Below are positions 39,358 through 49,301 of a stretch of DNA of 64,000 nucleotides, one piece after another; within the stretch, counting starts at the first letter, position 1, and the number at the start of each line of letters is the position of its first letter. Made by a program: the position numbers and the translations under genes. The notes under the pieces were generated by a model that made no database searches, was not told the origin of the DNA, and saw only the letters and a list, made by a program, of their open reading frames with translations. This DNA comes from Deltaproteobacteria bacterium (GTDB taxonomy: Bacteria; Myxococcota_A; UBA9160; SMWR01): the NCBI GenBank assembly GCA_032128375.1, contig JAQBGU010000188.1, positions 32,001-96,000 of the forward strand. The letters run 5' to 3'.

Positions 39358-40116
39358 ATGAGAGCGATCGTCCTCAGCGCCGGACAGGGCAAGAGATTGT
39401 TACCGCTAACCGCGACGGAACCCAAATGTCTGTTGCCGGTCGACGGGGATTTGACCGTGTTGGATTTGCAACTCGAGGCGTTGGCTCGCTGCGGGTTCGA
39501 ACTCGCGACAGTGGTAGTCGGATTCGGCGCCGAACACGTGGAGCGCTTCATTGGCGAGCGTGAGTTCGGCGCGATGCGTGTCGAAACCCTCTTCAACCCC
39601 TTCTTTTCTGTCTCCGACAACCTCGCGACCTGTTGGATGGCGCGCGAGGCAATGCAGGGAGACTTCATACTGCTCAACGGGGACACGGTGTTCGAAGACG
39701 CTCTGCTCCAGCGGGTCATCGCAGCACCTCCAGCACCGATCGTCGTCACAATCGACCGCAAGGACGAATACGACGCCGACGATATGAAAGTGAAGCTCAA
39801 CCCCGAAGGACGCCTGGGCTCGATCGGCAAGACACTTCCGCTGCACACCGTGGAAGGCGAGGCTATCGGGATGATCTTATTTCGCAGCAGCGGCGCGAAC
39901 ACGTACCGAGACGCGCTAGACCGTGCGATTCGCCAACCCGAGTCGATGCGCAATTGGTACCTCGCTGTTGTGGACGAAATAGCGAAGAAGATGCCGGTGG
40001 AGACGATTTGTATCGAAGGCTGCTGGTGGGCGGAAATCGACTGTCGAAAAGACCTCGACGCTGTTCGTGGACACTTCCTACTGGGAACTGCACGAAGAAC
40101 TGGTCCGGAGAAGTAG
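39358..40116 (+). CDS. Phosphocholine cytidylyltransferase-like NTP transferase (CpgD-like)
   Basis: LSAGQGKRLLPLT...PKCL, FNPFF...DNLATCW, LNGDTVF, YDADDMKV, WAEIDC..DL. Confidence 0.85.
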   Translation: MRAIVLSAGQGKRLLPLTATEPKCLLPVDGDLTVLDLQLEALARCGFELATVVVGFGAEHVERFIGEREFGAMRVETLFNPFFSVSDNLATCWMAREAMQGDFILLNGDTVFEDALLQRVIAAPPAPIVVTIDRKDEYDADDMKVKLNPEGRLGSIGKTLPLHTVEGEAIGMILFRSSGANTYRDALDRAIRQPESMRNWYLAVVDEIAKKMPVETICIEGCWWAEIDCRKDLDAVRGHFLLGTARRTGPEK

Positions 40117-40175
40117 TTCCACAGGGAGTTCTGGCGATGGTCCAAAAGATCAGAGCCAGCTGACTCCCGGCCCGT

Positions 40176-40988
40176 TCAGGCGTCCGACTTCAGCACCGTG
40201 CGGATCGAGCACACCTCGTCGAGCAGGCGATCGAGGTCCTCGACCCGAATCTGGCAGGCACCATCGCACGGCGCGTTATCGGGGTCGGGGTGTATCTCGA
40301 CGAACAGCGCATCGATCCCGACGGCCGCTGCTGCTCGTGCCAGCGGTACAACAAAACGACGGTCGCCACTGCTGGCATCGTGCCCGGCGCCGGGGCGCTG
40401 CACCGAATGAGTCGCGTCGAAGCACACCGGGGCAAACTCGCGCAGCGTTACCAGACCGCGCATGTCGACAATCAAGTCGTTGTAGCCGAACGCCGAACCG
40501 CGTTCGGTCACCATGATTCCAACGTCGCCAAAGCTTCGGGCCTTTTCGACCGCAAGTCGGAGATCGTGCGGCGCGATGAATTGTCCGCGCTTGATGTTCA
40601 TCGGCAGCCCAGTAGCCGCGCAGGCCGCTATCAGGTCGGTTTGTCTACACAGAAACGCCGGAATCTGGAGCAGATCCGCGACTTCCGATACGATTTTCGC
40701 TTGGCCTGGCTCGTGAACATCTGTCGTAACCAACAATCCCGTTTCGGCCTTGACGTCCTCGAGAATTCGCATCCCCTCATCGATGCCGGGTCCTCGATAG
40801 GATTCCCGACTCGATCGATTTGCCTTGTCGAATGATGCCTTGAATATGACCGACAAGCCGTGACGGTCTCCGACCCCTGCCACTCCCAGCGCGCACTCGA
40901 GCGCAGCGTCGCGGCTCTCGAGAACGTTGAGTCCCGAGATCAGGGCCAGGGGCGCCCCGGAGCCAATTTGAATATCACCGACGTTCAT
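40176..40988 (-). CDS. kdsA: KDO8P synthase (3-deoxy-8-phosphooctulonate synthase)
   Basis: KASFDKANRSS, TDVHE, QIPAFLCRQTDL, ERG..FGYNDL, FDATHSVQ, PCDG. Confidence 0.96.
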   Translation of the reverse strand: MNVGDIQIGSGAPLALISGLNVLESRDAALECALGVAGVGDRHGLSVIFKASFDKANRSSRESYRGPGIDEGMRILEDVKAETGLLVTTDVHEPGQAKIVSEVADLLQIPAFLCRQTDLIAACAATGLPMNIKRGQFIAPHDLRLAVEKARSFGDVGIMVTERGSAFGYNDLIVDMRGLVTLREFAPVCFDATHSVQRPGAGHDASSGDRRFVVPLARAAAAVGIDALFVEIHPDPDNAPCDGACQIRVEDLDRLLDEVCSIRTVLKSDA

Positions 40989-41145
40989 GTTCTGGTCCCC
41001 CCACCCATCGTTCGGTAAATAGCGAGATCGGATCATCATGACTACCCCCTGAACCCCGCGGGGAAAAATGCGCCGACACTGCCAACGCTAAGCACGGGCC
41101 GGATCTGTCGCTCCGGGGCCGGCACTCCTAGACTCCCGGCTTCGC

Positions 41146-43587
41146 ATGACACAGCTTCAATCCAGCTCATCGGTCGTCCGCGTGCCGTCCGGTGCGCCGA
41201 TCCGGGTCGATCTGTTGATGCTCGAGGCCGATTCCCAGCCGGCCCGTTCGCCGACGGTACGGATTTTCGTCGGCACGCAGATGGGCCATGTTCGCGCCGA
41301 GCGGGTGCTTTCGTGGTCGATCCGGCAGCAGCGCTCCTCAGACCGCAACTACGCGATCCATTGGATTCGAAGCCTCGGCGGACCAGACGAACTCGAGCGC
41401 GCGGCATTCTGGGTTCCCCAGTTGTGCAGCGGTCGCGGGCGAGCGCTCTATTGCACGGTTGATCAGGTATATCTATCCGATCCCGCTGAACTTTTTGATC
41501 TCCCGCTGAATGGACACGCACTGCTCGGCCCAGCCTCAGGTGATAGCTCCGCACTGCTGATCGACTGCGCGAAGCTTGCGTCGGTGTGGTCGGTCGAGCG
41601 TGTGCTCACGGCGAGCCACCACGACCTCGAGCAGCAGGCCAGAGACCTCGGCGGGTCACTTCCCGCTGCTTGGGACGCCGTTGCGGACCACTATTCGGTC
41701 GGACGGTCGAGACGCGTCCGATACGCGGCCCTCCACACCCAGCCTTGGAGGCCTTTTCCCGATCGCTGCGTTTACCAAAGGCATCCGAACGAAGACATCT
41801 GGAAAAAACTCGAGAGCGAAGCGAACAGCGCGGGATTTGAGGTGTTCTCGCGTTCTGCACCGAGTCGAGGGTTCGAGGTTTGCTTTCCATGCGGGCCGCC
41901 ATCGAATCTGGCATTGAAGGCGAAACCGGTGCCTACCCTGAGCGAACTGCTCGACGCAGCCGGGTCGGAGCTCGTCGCCCACGATGTCTGCATTCGCCAA
42001 TCGCTTGCACATCTGTCCAACAGGCGAGTATCGGTCTACACCCTCCACAGAGCTGATGAGTGGCGCCGCTACCTCGCCGAGCCGGTGGCAAACGACCCGA
42101 AGCTCACTGCGCGTTGGGGCGCCTCTGACACTCGGATCCTCGATCCGAACGATTCTGCTGCAAGTCCCGCAGCACGAGCGGATGCAGTGATCTGCGCAAA
42201 TACGCTGGATTTCGTGCCCAGCGAAGATCTTCCTTGGGTCCTTGGCGAGGTATTCCGAAGCGCTGAGTCTATGGTCCACTTGGGGATCCGACCGGCCGGG
42301 CGATCGTCTGGATTCCGCGCACGGCGCGGCCGTCCGGTGCGACGCACACAACCCTGGTGGATCGCACAGATCGAAACGGCAGCGAGCCGGCACCCCAGCG
42401 TTCATTGGCAGGCCGTCTTCGGCGCGGGAGCAGCCACCGAGGTACGCTGCGGCGGTCGTCATATCCGCAAGACCGCTCCGGCCGTGTGGGTTCTGAGTGA
42501 CGACCGGCCGGGAAATACGTCGCAATCCACCGGGCTCGCAAACGCGCTTGGCTGGCCATACACGGTCAAGACCCTGCGTTTCTCGCCGGCCGCGCGGTTG
42601 CACAACCGACTGCTCGGAGCGTCTCGGGTCGGCGTCGATCGGCGCCGGTCTAGCGCGTTGCTGCCGCCGTGGCCGGACTTGGTGATTGCCGCGGGTCGAC
42701 GTTCCGCTCCCGTCGCACAGTGGATTCGATTGCGAAACTTCGGACAGACTCGGCTTGTCCAACTCGGCCGAAAGGGCGGCGACGCGGCCGACCAGTTCGA
42801 TCTGGTCGTGACGCCATCTTATGGACGGCTCGATCCGCATCCACGACGGATGGTCACGAGCGCCCCGATCCACAATATCAACCCAGAGCGAATCCGGCGG
42901 GCAACGAATCGCTTCTCGGACCTTCACGCAAACGCCAAACGACCCCGCATCGTCGTCCTGGTCGGCGGCTGGTCGGGCCAGTACCAGCTCGACCTGCGCA
43001 GCGCGCGGAAACTCGGCGAGGATGTCGATCGGTTGGCCAACGAAGTCGACGGCTCGATTTTCGCGACCACGAGTCGCCGGGCGGGCGATCGCGGCAGCGA
43101 AGCGTTCTGCACCGCGTTGTCAAGCCCCGCCCACGTCTATCGCTGGTCGGCCGCTGGCGCAGAAGAGAATCCGTATCTGGCCTTTCTCGGCCTCGCCGAT
43201 GCGTTCGTTGCCACCGGAGATAGTGAATCGATGCTGTCTGAGGCAGCTTCTCTCGGACGCCCCGTGTATATCTACCCGCTTCCAGAGCGCGCATCGTATC
43301 GCTGGATGCGAATCGGGCGCGACTGGGTTTACGCTCGTGCACACGCTCGCAGAGGAGGGGTAGCGACCCAGCGTGGCCTGGAATACTGGTGCGCGCGATC
43401 GATCGACTGGGGCTTCGTGCGTCCAACCCGCGACCTGCGGGATCTACACGAGGGGCTGATTCGAGAAGGGGTCGCGCGACACTTCGGAGACTCGTTCGAC
43501 ACGAAACACTGCAAGCCATTCAACGCCGAGGGCAGGGTCGTGGAACGGGTCTGTGCGTTGGTCGGCTTCGGGGCAATCGTGAAGTGA
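41146..43587 (+). CDS. Three-domain fusion: GT8-like GT-A domain + degenerate SAM-methyltransferase-like domain + ELM1/GtrOC1-family glycosyltransferase
   Basis: VRIFVGT...RALYCTVDQ...HTQPW; ADAVIC...LDFVPSEDLPWVL; WVLSDDRPGNTSQS.GLA, PPWPDLVIAAGRR, TTSRR, NPYLAFL..AD, TGDSESMLSEA. Confidence 0.8.
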   Translation: MTQLQSSSSVVRVPSGAPIRVDLLMLEADSQPARSPTVRIFVGTQMGHVRAERVLSWSIRQQRSSDRNYAIHWIRSLGGPDELERAAFWVPQLCSGRGRALYCTVDQVYLSDPAELFDLPLNGHALLGPASGDSSALLIDCAKLASVWSVERVLTASHHDLEQQARDLGGSLPAAWDAVADHYSVGRSRRVRYAALHTQPWRPFPDRCVYQRHPNEDIWKKLESEANSAGFEVFSRSAPSRGFEVCFPCGPPSNLALKAKPVPTLSELLDAAGSELVAHDVCIRQSLAHLSNRRVSVYTLHRADEWRRYLAEPVANDPKLTARWGASDTRILDPNDSAASPAARADAVICANTLDFVPSEDLPWVLGEVFRSAESMVHLGIRPAGRSSGFRARRGRPVRRTQPWWIAQIETAASRHPSVHWQAVFGAGAATEVRCGGRHIRKTAPAVWVLSDDRPGNTSQSTGLANALGWPYTVKTLRFSPAARLHNRLLGASRVGVDRRRSSALLPPWPDLVIAAGRRSAPVAQWIRLRNFGQTRLVQLGRKGGDAADQFDLVVTPSYGRLDPHPRRMVTSAPIHNINPERIRRATNRFSDLHANAKRPRIVVLVGGWSGQYQLDLRSARKLGEDVDRLANEVDGSIFATTSRRAGDRGSEAFCTALSSPAHVYRWSAAGAEENPYLAFLGLADAFVATGDSESMLSEAASLGRPVYIYPLPERASYRWMRIGRDWVYARAHARRGGVATQRGLEYWCARSIDWGFVRPTRDLRDLHEGLIREGVARHFGDSFDTKHCKPFNAEGRVVERVCALVGFGAIVK

Positions 43588-45308
43588 GAGTCCTTTTCTA
43601 CTTCGGCTCCCGCTACCCGATCCAGAGCGTCGTGGTGCTGCTGTGCCTGCTGGTGGCCGGTGCGTTGGAGGGCATCGGGCTCTCCGCGCTGATCCCCGTC
43701 CTGACGCTGGTAACGGAGTCGGGCTCGGATTCGTCCGAAACCTCGCAACTGGGCGCCGCGGTGAGCCATGCCTTCGCTGAAATCAACGTCCAGCCCTCCT
43801 TGCAGGTGCTGATTCCTGGCTTGATTGTCGTATTCTGGCTCAAGGCGTTCGTGCTCCTCTACGCCAAGCGAAATGTCGGCTACACGGTGGCTCGCGTAGC
43901 CACGGACCTGCGGCTCGAGCTGCTGCGAGCCTTACTGACAGCGCGCTGGAGCCACTTTACGCGGTTGCGATCGGGCGTCGCAGCGAACGCTCTGGCGACG
44001 GAGGCAGACCGCTCCTCTCAGACCTACCACCACCTGGTTCAGGTTTGCGGCTACGCGATCGAAGCCGTGCTCTACGTCGGGCTGGCACTCGCGATCTCCT
44101 GGCAGGTGGCGGTCGGCGCGTTGGCCACGACGCTGTGTTCGCTGGGCGCCCTCGGAATTCTGGTTCGTCTCGCTGGACGGGCAGGACGCAAGCAGACGAA
44201 GTCGATGAAATCGCTTCTCTCACGAGTCACAGACAGTCTGCAGGCCGTCAAGCTGCTCAAGGCCACCGGGCGCGAGCCGCTGATCGGTCCGTTGCTGGAG
44301 AGTGACACCAGGAAGCTGAACATCGCCCTACGCCGACAGGTTTTCAGCAAGGAAGCGCTTCGCGCGCTGCAGGAACCCATCATGGTGACCGCCGGCTGCG
44401 GGGGCATCTACGCCGGCTTCACGCTGCTCGATCTGCCGATCGCCGAGGTGATCCTGCTCGCGGCCTTGTTCGCACGAACGATTGACAGCTCCAACAATAT
44501 GCAGCGCAAGTATCAAGCCATGGTTACGGAAACGAGCGCACTTTGGAGCATGCGCGAGCTGATCGATCGGGCCATCGCTGACGAAGAGCGCATGCCTGAG
44601 GGAATCACTCCGACTCTCGACAAGGGCATCGAACTTCGAGGGATCTGCGTTCGTTACGACCAGGCGAAGATCCTCGACCGATTCGACATGGTGATACCCT
44701 TCGGACTCCTCACGGCCATCGTTGGCGAATCTGGGGCTGGAAAGACCACGGCGGCAGACCTGGTAACCGGGCTCGTGCGACCCGATGCGGGCGAGGTACT
44801 CATCGATGGAGTGCGGTTGGACGATCTCGACCTGCGCCGCTGGCGACAGCTCATCGGATACGTCCCGCAGGAGACGCTGATGCTCCACGACAGCGTTGCG
44901 GCAAACGTCGGCCTGGGTGATCCCGAATTGACAAGGGAGCGCATCGAGAGCGCGTTGCGAGACGCGGGAGCCTGGGATTTCGTATCGGCACTGCCAAATG
45001 GGATTGATTCGCCAGTCGGAGAATTCGGGGCGCTGCTTTCGGGCGGGCAGCGTCAACGGATCGCAATCGCGCGCGCGCTCGTTCACGGTGCGAAGCTCTT
45101 GATTCTGGACGAGGCCACAGCTGCTTTGGATCGGGAAAGTGAGGCGGCGCTCTGGCAGGCGATCCGCCGGCTACGAGGCCGCACGACGGTGATCGCGATC
45201 TCCCACCAGCCCGCACTGGTGGGGCTCGCCGATCAGATCTATCGCCTGGAAAATGGTCGTGCCAGCATCACCACTGCCTTCGGCGAAGCAGAACGCGCCG
45301 CCTCGTAA
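43584..45308 (+). CDS. MsbA-like ABC exporter (TMD + NBD)
   Basis: N-terminal TM domain, GESGAGKT, LSGGQRQRIAIARAL, LILDEAT; GTG overlaps the upstream stop (GTGA). Confidence 0.92.
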   Translation: MRVLFYFGSRYPIQSVVVLLCLLVAGALEGIGLSALIPVLTLVTESGSDSSETSQLGAAVSHAFAEINVQPSLQVLIPGLIVVFWLKAFVLLYAKRNVGYTVARVATDLRLELLRALLTARWSHFTRLRSGVAANALATEADRSSQTYHHLVQVCGYAIEAVLYVGLALAISWQVAVGALATTLCSLGALGILVRLAGRAGRKQTKSMKSLLSRVTDSLQAVKLLKATGREPLIGPLLESDTRKLNIALRRQVFSKEALRALQEPIMVTAGCGGIYAGFTLLDLPIAEVILLAALFARTIDSSNNMQRKYQAMVTETSALWSMRELIDRAIADEERMPEGITPTLDKGIELRGICVRYDQAKILDRFDMVIPFGLLTAIVGESGAGKTTAADLVTGLVRPDAGEVLIDGVRLDDLDLRRWRQLIGYVPQETLMLHDSVAANVGLGDPELTRERIESALRDAGAWDFVSALPNGIDSPVGEFGALLSGGQRQRIAIARALVHGAKLLILDEATAALDRESEAALWQAIRRLRGRTTVIAISHQPALVGLADQIYRLENGRASITTAFGEAERAAS

Positions 45309-45403
45309 CGCGACGGCCGTTGCACCGGCTCGGCGGTTGGCTACTCGAGTCCATGTGCCGATGAACCTGACCCAGCTCGGTCAAACGCAGAACGCGCGAC
45401 GGT

Positions 45404-46237
45404 CTAGCCTCGTTTGATATTGGCAGCGCGATGAGATTCGAACAGCGAAGCATCGATCAATTTTTCCGAGCCCTTCAGGAACGCGCGCTTGGTCCAATGC
45501 GCCAGGAAGTGCAGCTCGATGAAGGGCATTTCGGGTCTCAGCTCGAGATTGGCGTGCGACGCCAAACCGTCGAGGATGCGTTCGCGTTCAGCGGGGAACG
45601 CGCGAAGTATCGACTTGGCAATCCCACCGCCGATCAGCCGGTTGGGATACAAGTCTTCTACATCGATCGCCACCAGCCGATCATGTTCCGAAAGGATGAA
45701 GTTTTTCGGCAGCGGGTCCAAGAAGTCGTAGCCGACCCAGACCTCGTTCGGGGTGATCCGGTTCAAACTGGCGGTGAGTTCCCGGCGCAGCTCGGTCGAC
45801 AGAATCGAAACGTCGACCAGGAAGTCGAGATTCTCGCGAAGTTCGCGTTCGAAGTCGGTTTCGGAGAGCTTTACACGCCGGCGATCCACGTTGTAAATGA
45901 CCGAGAAAAATCCGATGAACCGATCGACGCATGAGCCGTCGATCGGCTCGGGCAGTTCCTCTCCCGCCACGAACTCCAGAAGTAACTCATTGTCTTCCAT
46001 GGCGATCAGAGTCGGGAACAAACCGGAATCGCGAAACGGCAACAGGTTTCGCGCTACAGCAGACGCGACATGAGAGTCCGGCAAACTGATTCGCTTGTAG
46101 GGGTGGCCACCGAGTTGGACCACACGCGCGTGCTTGACCCGAACGAATCGATTGAAGACGAATCGACGCAGAAGCACGCCTGCGCGTCTATACAGGGTGT
46201 ACAGCGATCGCTGTGAAAATCGCGGGATCCGTTGCAT
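45404..46237 (-). CDS. Protein-kinase-like-fold small-molecule/sugar kinase (putative)
   Basis: YKRI, LLLEFVAG hinge, DPLPKNFIL (D-x4-N), AIDVE. Confidence 0.55.
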   Translation of the reverse strand: MQRIPRFSQRSLYTLYRRAGVLLRRFVFNRFVRVKHARVVQLGGHPYKRISLPDSHVASAVARNLLPFRDSGLFPTLIAMEDNELLLEFVAGEELPEPIDGSCVDRFIGFFSVIYNVDRRRVKLSETDFERELRENLDFLVDVSILSTELRRELTASLNRITPNEVWVGYDFLDPLPKNFILSEHDRLVAIDVEDLYPNRLIGGGIAKSILRAFPAERERILDGLASHANLELRPEMPFIELHFLAHWTKRAFLKGSEKLIDASLFESHRAANIKRG

Positions 46238-46421
46238 GGACGAGCGAACTCCTCGGCGACCGTGAGATGAATTGTAGGGGACGGGCAACTCATCTCGGAG
46301 CAGATGCATGATACGACGCGATCAATCCGGGCGCCCGCTGGTTCGAGGCGGATCTGGCAGCCTTCACTGATTAACTGGACACGCGACCGAGAAACCGTAG
46401 ACTGCGGTCGCAGGAAACCGA

Positions 46422-48335
46422 ATGGCTCTGCAACTACGCACGTTTAGCAACATCGCCGGTGGCACTACGCTGTTCAAGGCGCTCGGCCACCCGGCAGTCG
46501 CGCCGCGCGCGCGCCGGCTCGTCGAGACGCTGTCGAAGAGCGGCCGGATTGCCGTCTACGACCCGGACGCTGTAGTGGCGGAGTTCGCGCAGCTCTACGA
46601 TCTCGGATCGTGGCAGATCACCGGCAGCTACGTTCAGCAAGCGGACCAGTTCGGAAAAAAGAAGATACTGGGCTTGCTTGCCGAGCCCATCACTGACCTG
46701 CCGCTGTCGAATGCCGACGTGCTGTTCATCGCGGCATTCGATGCCGACCCGCACCTGGTAGCGATCCGCCAGCTCGTGGCGCCGGGGATGCTGATCGTCA
46801 CGCTCGATGATCTGCGGATTGCCGACGGGATGCTATCGCGGACCGATCACTACTTGGACCCACTCAATTTCGCGAGCAATTTTGCGTTCTTTCGGGACTG
46901 CGATGGGCACCACACGCGGCTCGGGACCGTCAACTACTGGATGGGGTACGGGGCGGACCACGTATCGCTGTGGCTTTGTCTACTCGACGAATCCGGTATC
47001 GAGCTGGCGCAGTGGCTCGAACCGCTAGTGGACTCGGTTTCGACCATCGTCATCGACAGCCAGATGGTGCGGGAGCGCTTCGGCCTGCCGGGCTTCACCG
47101 GATCGCTGTTCATGCACGCAATCGGCGCTAGAGCACACGATGTCGTGAAGTACGCACTCGATCTGTACGGCGACAGCGACGAAGTGCTGTCGTGCACGCA
47201 CGATGCGAACGCATGGCCCGCGGAGAAGTACGCGGGATTGCCCGCGCCGCGCGAAGGCGAGCGCGTGCTGCTGTGGGTGCAGAACAGCCACCCCACACCG
47301 ATCCCGGCCGGCGCAATCGAACTTCGCGCCATGGGTTCAGAGCACCCAGTGAGCTTCGATGAGGTCATTCCTCCGTTCGGCACGAGCGCGATCGACGTGG
47401 GCAAGCTGCTCCCGCGGCTTCGCTGGCCAGCACAGATCGAAATTGAGGCCGGCAATCATTTCGTGCGCCCGCGCTATGAGGTCGTCCGGTCCGATGGGGT
47501 GCGCTGGATCGCACATGCCAATGTGGAGCGAACGGATCTCTCACCCGATCCAGCCATTGGGAAATTGGGACCCGCGTTCGGTAAGGGCTTCATTCTGCCG
47601 GCGCCGGTGCTTCCGGTATCGGACTATCGAACCATCCTCCTGCCGACACCGATGGCCACCGAGCAGCAAGAACTGGCCGTTCAGGTCACCGTATACGACG
47701 CGCTTGGCCAAGTCTGCGCACGCCGACCGCTCGGTCGTATCGCCCGAGCGGATTCGCGGGTCGTGGAGATCGACTCACTCATGACCGACTGCCGCGAAGC
47801 GTTGGGTACGGGCTACGGCCACTTCGAACTCGCCTACGATCTATCCGACGGCGGCGAAGCGGACGGGTGGCTGCACGCGCTGTTCCGATACGAGAAACGC
47901 GATGGCTCCCATGGCGCCGATACCAGCTTCGGCGCGCACATGTACAACCTACCGGTGGTATTCCGAAACGAACCACAATCCTATACCGGCCCGGCGCCCG
48001 GCTTGAGCACCCGGCTGTTGCTGCGGCTCGGTTTCGGTGGACGCGAGACCTTCTGCCATTTGATCTACCCCGCGTCGGGCTCCTGGCTCGATTACTCGTC
48101 GACGCGGCTCATGCTGTTCGACTCGGTTGGCAAGACGGTCGCAGAAAGAACCGTTCGAATTCCGATCAGCGGGTCGCTGCTGTGGCGATATGAGGAGATG
48201 TTCGACGCAGGCGAGCGCTCGGCAGCGCGCGATGGCTATCTGATCGTCAGAGACTCCACGTGTCGCCTGTTCGGGTTTCACGGGCTGGCTTCGCAAAGCG
48301 GCGCATTCAGCTTCGACCACATGTTCGGATACTGA
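46422..48335 (+). CDS. Large conserved-looking hypothetical protein (637 aa)
   Basis: AGGA RBS, long ORF, motifs HDVVKYALD, CTHDANAWP, AHANVER, DGWLH, SFGAH, FGFHG, DHMFG. Confidence 0.85.
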   Translation: MALQLRTFSNIAGGTTLFKALGHPAVAPRARRLVETLSKSGRIAVYDPDAVVAEFAQLYDLGSWQITGSYVQQADQFGKKKILGLLAEPITDLPLSNADVLFIAAFDADPHLVAIRQLVAPGMLIVTLDDLRIADGMLSRTDHYLDPLNFASNFAFFRDCDGHHTRLGTVNYWMGYGADHVSLWLCLLDESGIELAQWLEPLVDSVSTIVIDSQMVRERFGLPGFTGSLFMHAIGARAHDVVKYALDLYGDSDEVLSCTHDANAWPAEKYAGLPAPREGERVLLWVQNSHPTPIPAGAIELRAMGSEHPVSFDEVIPPFGTSAIDVGKLLPRLRWPAQIEIEAGNHFVRPRYEVVRSDGVRWIAHANVERTDLSPDPAIGKLGPAFGKGFILPAPVLPVSDYRTILLPTPMATEQQELAVQVTVYDALGQVCARRPLGRIARADSRVVEIDSLMTDCREALGTGYGHFELAYDLSDGGEADGWLHALFRYEKRDGSHGADTSFGAHMYNLPVVFRNEPQSYTGPAPGLSTRLLLRLGFGGRETFCHLIYPASGSWLDYSSTRLMLFDSVGKTVAERTVRIPISGSLLWRYEEMFDAGERSAARDGYLIVRDSTCRLFGFHGLASQSGAFSFDHMFGY

Positions 48336-48430
48336 ACGCGCAAACGCCAAATCACGACACAACGAATCTCACTGTTACTGTCGAGGAGCCGCTTGTTGGT
48401 TTCTCGTTCCTTCGCACGGATGGATCGCCG

Positions 48431-49231
48431 ATGGATACCTACCTGGCACTCGTGCTCGCAGGGCGACGCGGCACGTCAGACCCACTCGACGGACTGCAAG
48501 CGGGAATCCATCCCGCGCTCATCGACGTCGGCGGCGTCCCGATGCTCGTGCGGGTGGTGCGCTCGCTGCGGGAATCCGACCGAATCGGGCGCATCGCGAT
48601 CAGCATGGACGCGACGCTGGCACTCGACAACGCGGAGCTCGGCGCAGATGGTCGGCTTCTCTACCACCGAAGTCTCGATTCGCCGAGCCGCAGTGTGCAG
48701 GACGCGCTTTGGGGGCTTGCAACCGGTGCCCCGGTGCTCGTCACCACGGCGGACCACGCCTTGCTGACACCGGAGATCATCGCGTATTTCCTGGACCGGG
48801 CCGATGCGTCGGGTACGGACCTCGCTGTGGGTGTCGTCGAAGAATCCGTGATTCGCGCTGCGTATCCGGAGACGACTCGAACCTACCTGCGCTTTCGCGA
48901 AGGCGGTTACTCGGGAGCCAACCTGTTCGCGTTTCGCACGCCGTCGGCGTCAAGAGCCGCCGAGTTCTGGGTGAAAGCGGAACAGTTTCGCAAACGCCCC
49001 TGGCGCCTGGCCAGCGTGTTTGGACCCATCTCGCTGCTGCTGTTCGTGCTGCGGCGCCTGAGTTTCGACGCGGCGCTCAGCCGCGGGTCGGCCGCGATTG
49101 GCTGCCGCGTCGATGCCGTGAAGCTGCCGTTCGCCGAAGCGGCCATCGATGTGGACCGGCCCTCCGACCTCGCGTTGGTTTCGAAGATCCTCGATGCGCG
49201 TAGCCAGAAGTCGCTGGTCGGGGGCCCGTAA
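48431..49231 (+). CDS. MobA-like NTP transferase
   Basis: LVLAGRRG, PML.RVV, LVTTADHALL, YSGANLF, AAIDVDRPSDL. Confidence 0.85.
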   Translation: MDTYLALVLAGRRGTSDPLDGLQAGIHPALIDVGGVPMLVRVVRSLRESDRIGRIAISMDATLALDNAELGADGRLLYHRSLDSPSRSVQDALWGLATGAPVLVTTADHALLTPEIIAYFLDRADASGTDLAVGVVEESVIRAAYPETTRTYLRFREGGYSGANLFAFRTPSASRAAEFWVKAEQFRKRPWRLASVFGPISLLLFVLRRLSFDAALSRGSAAIGCRVDAVKLPFAEAAIDVDRPSDLALVSKILDARSQKSLVGGP

Positions 49232-49301
49232 GCGATGTCTTCGATCGCGGCGTCGGTGGGCGGACCAATCGCCGTCGCAAGCTTCCTGTGGGCTCTTGCA
49301 C

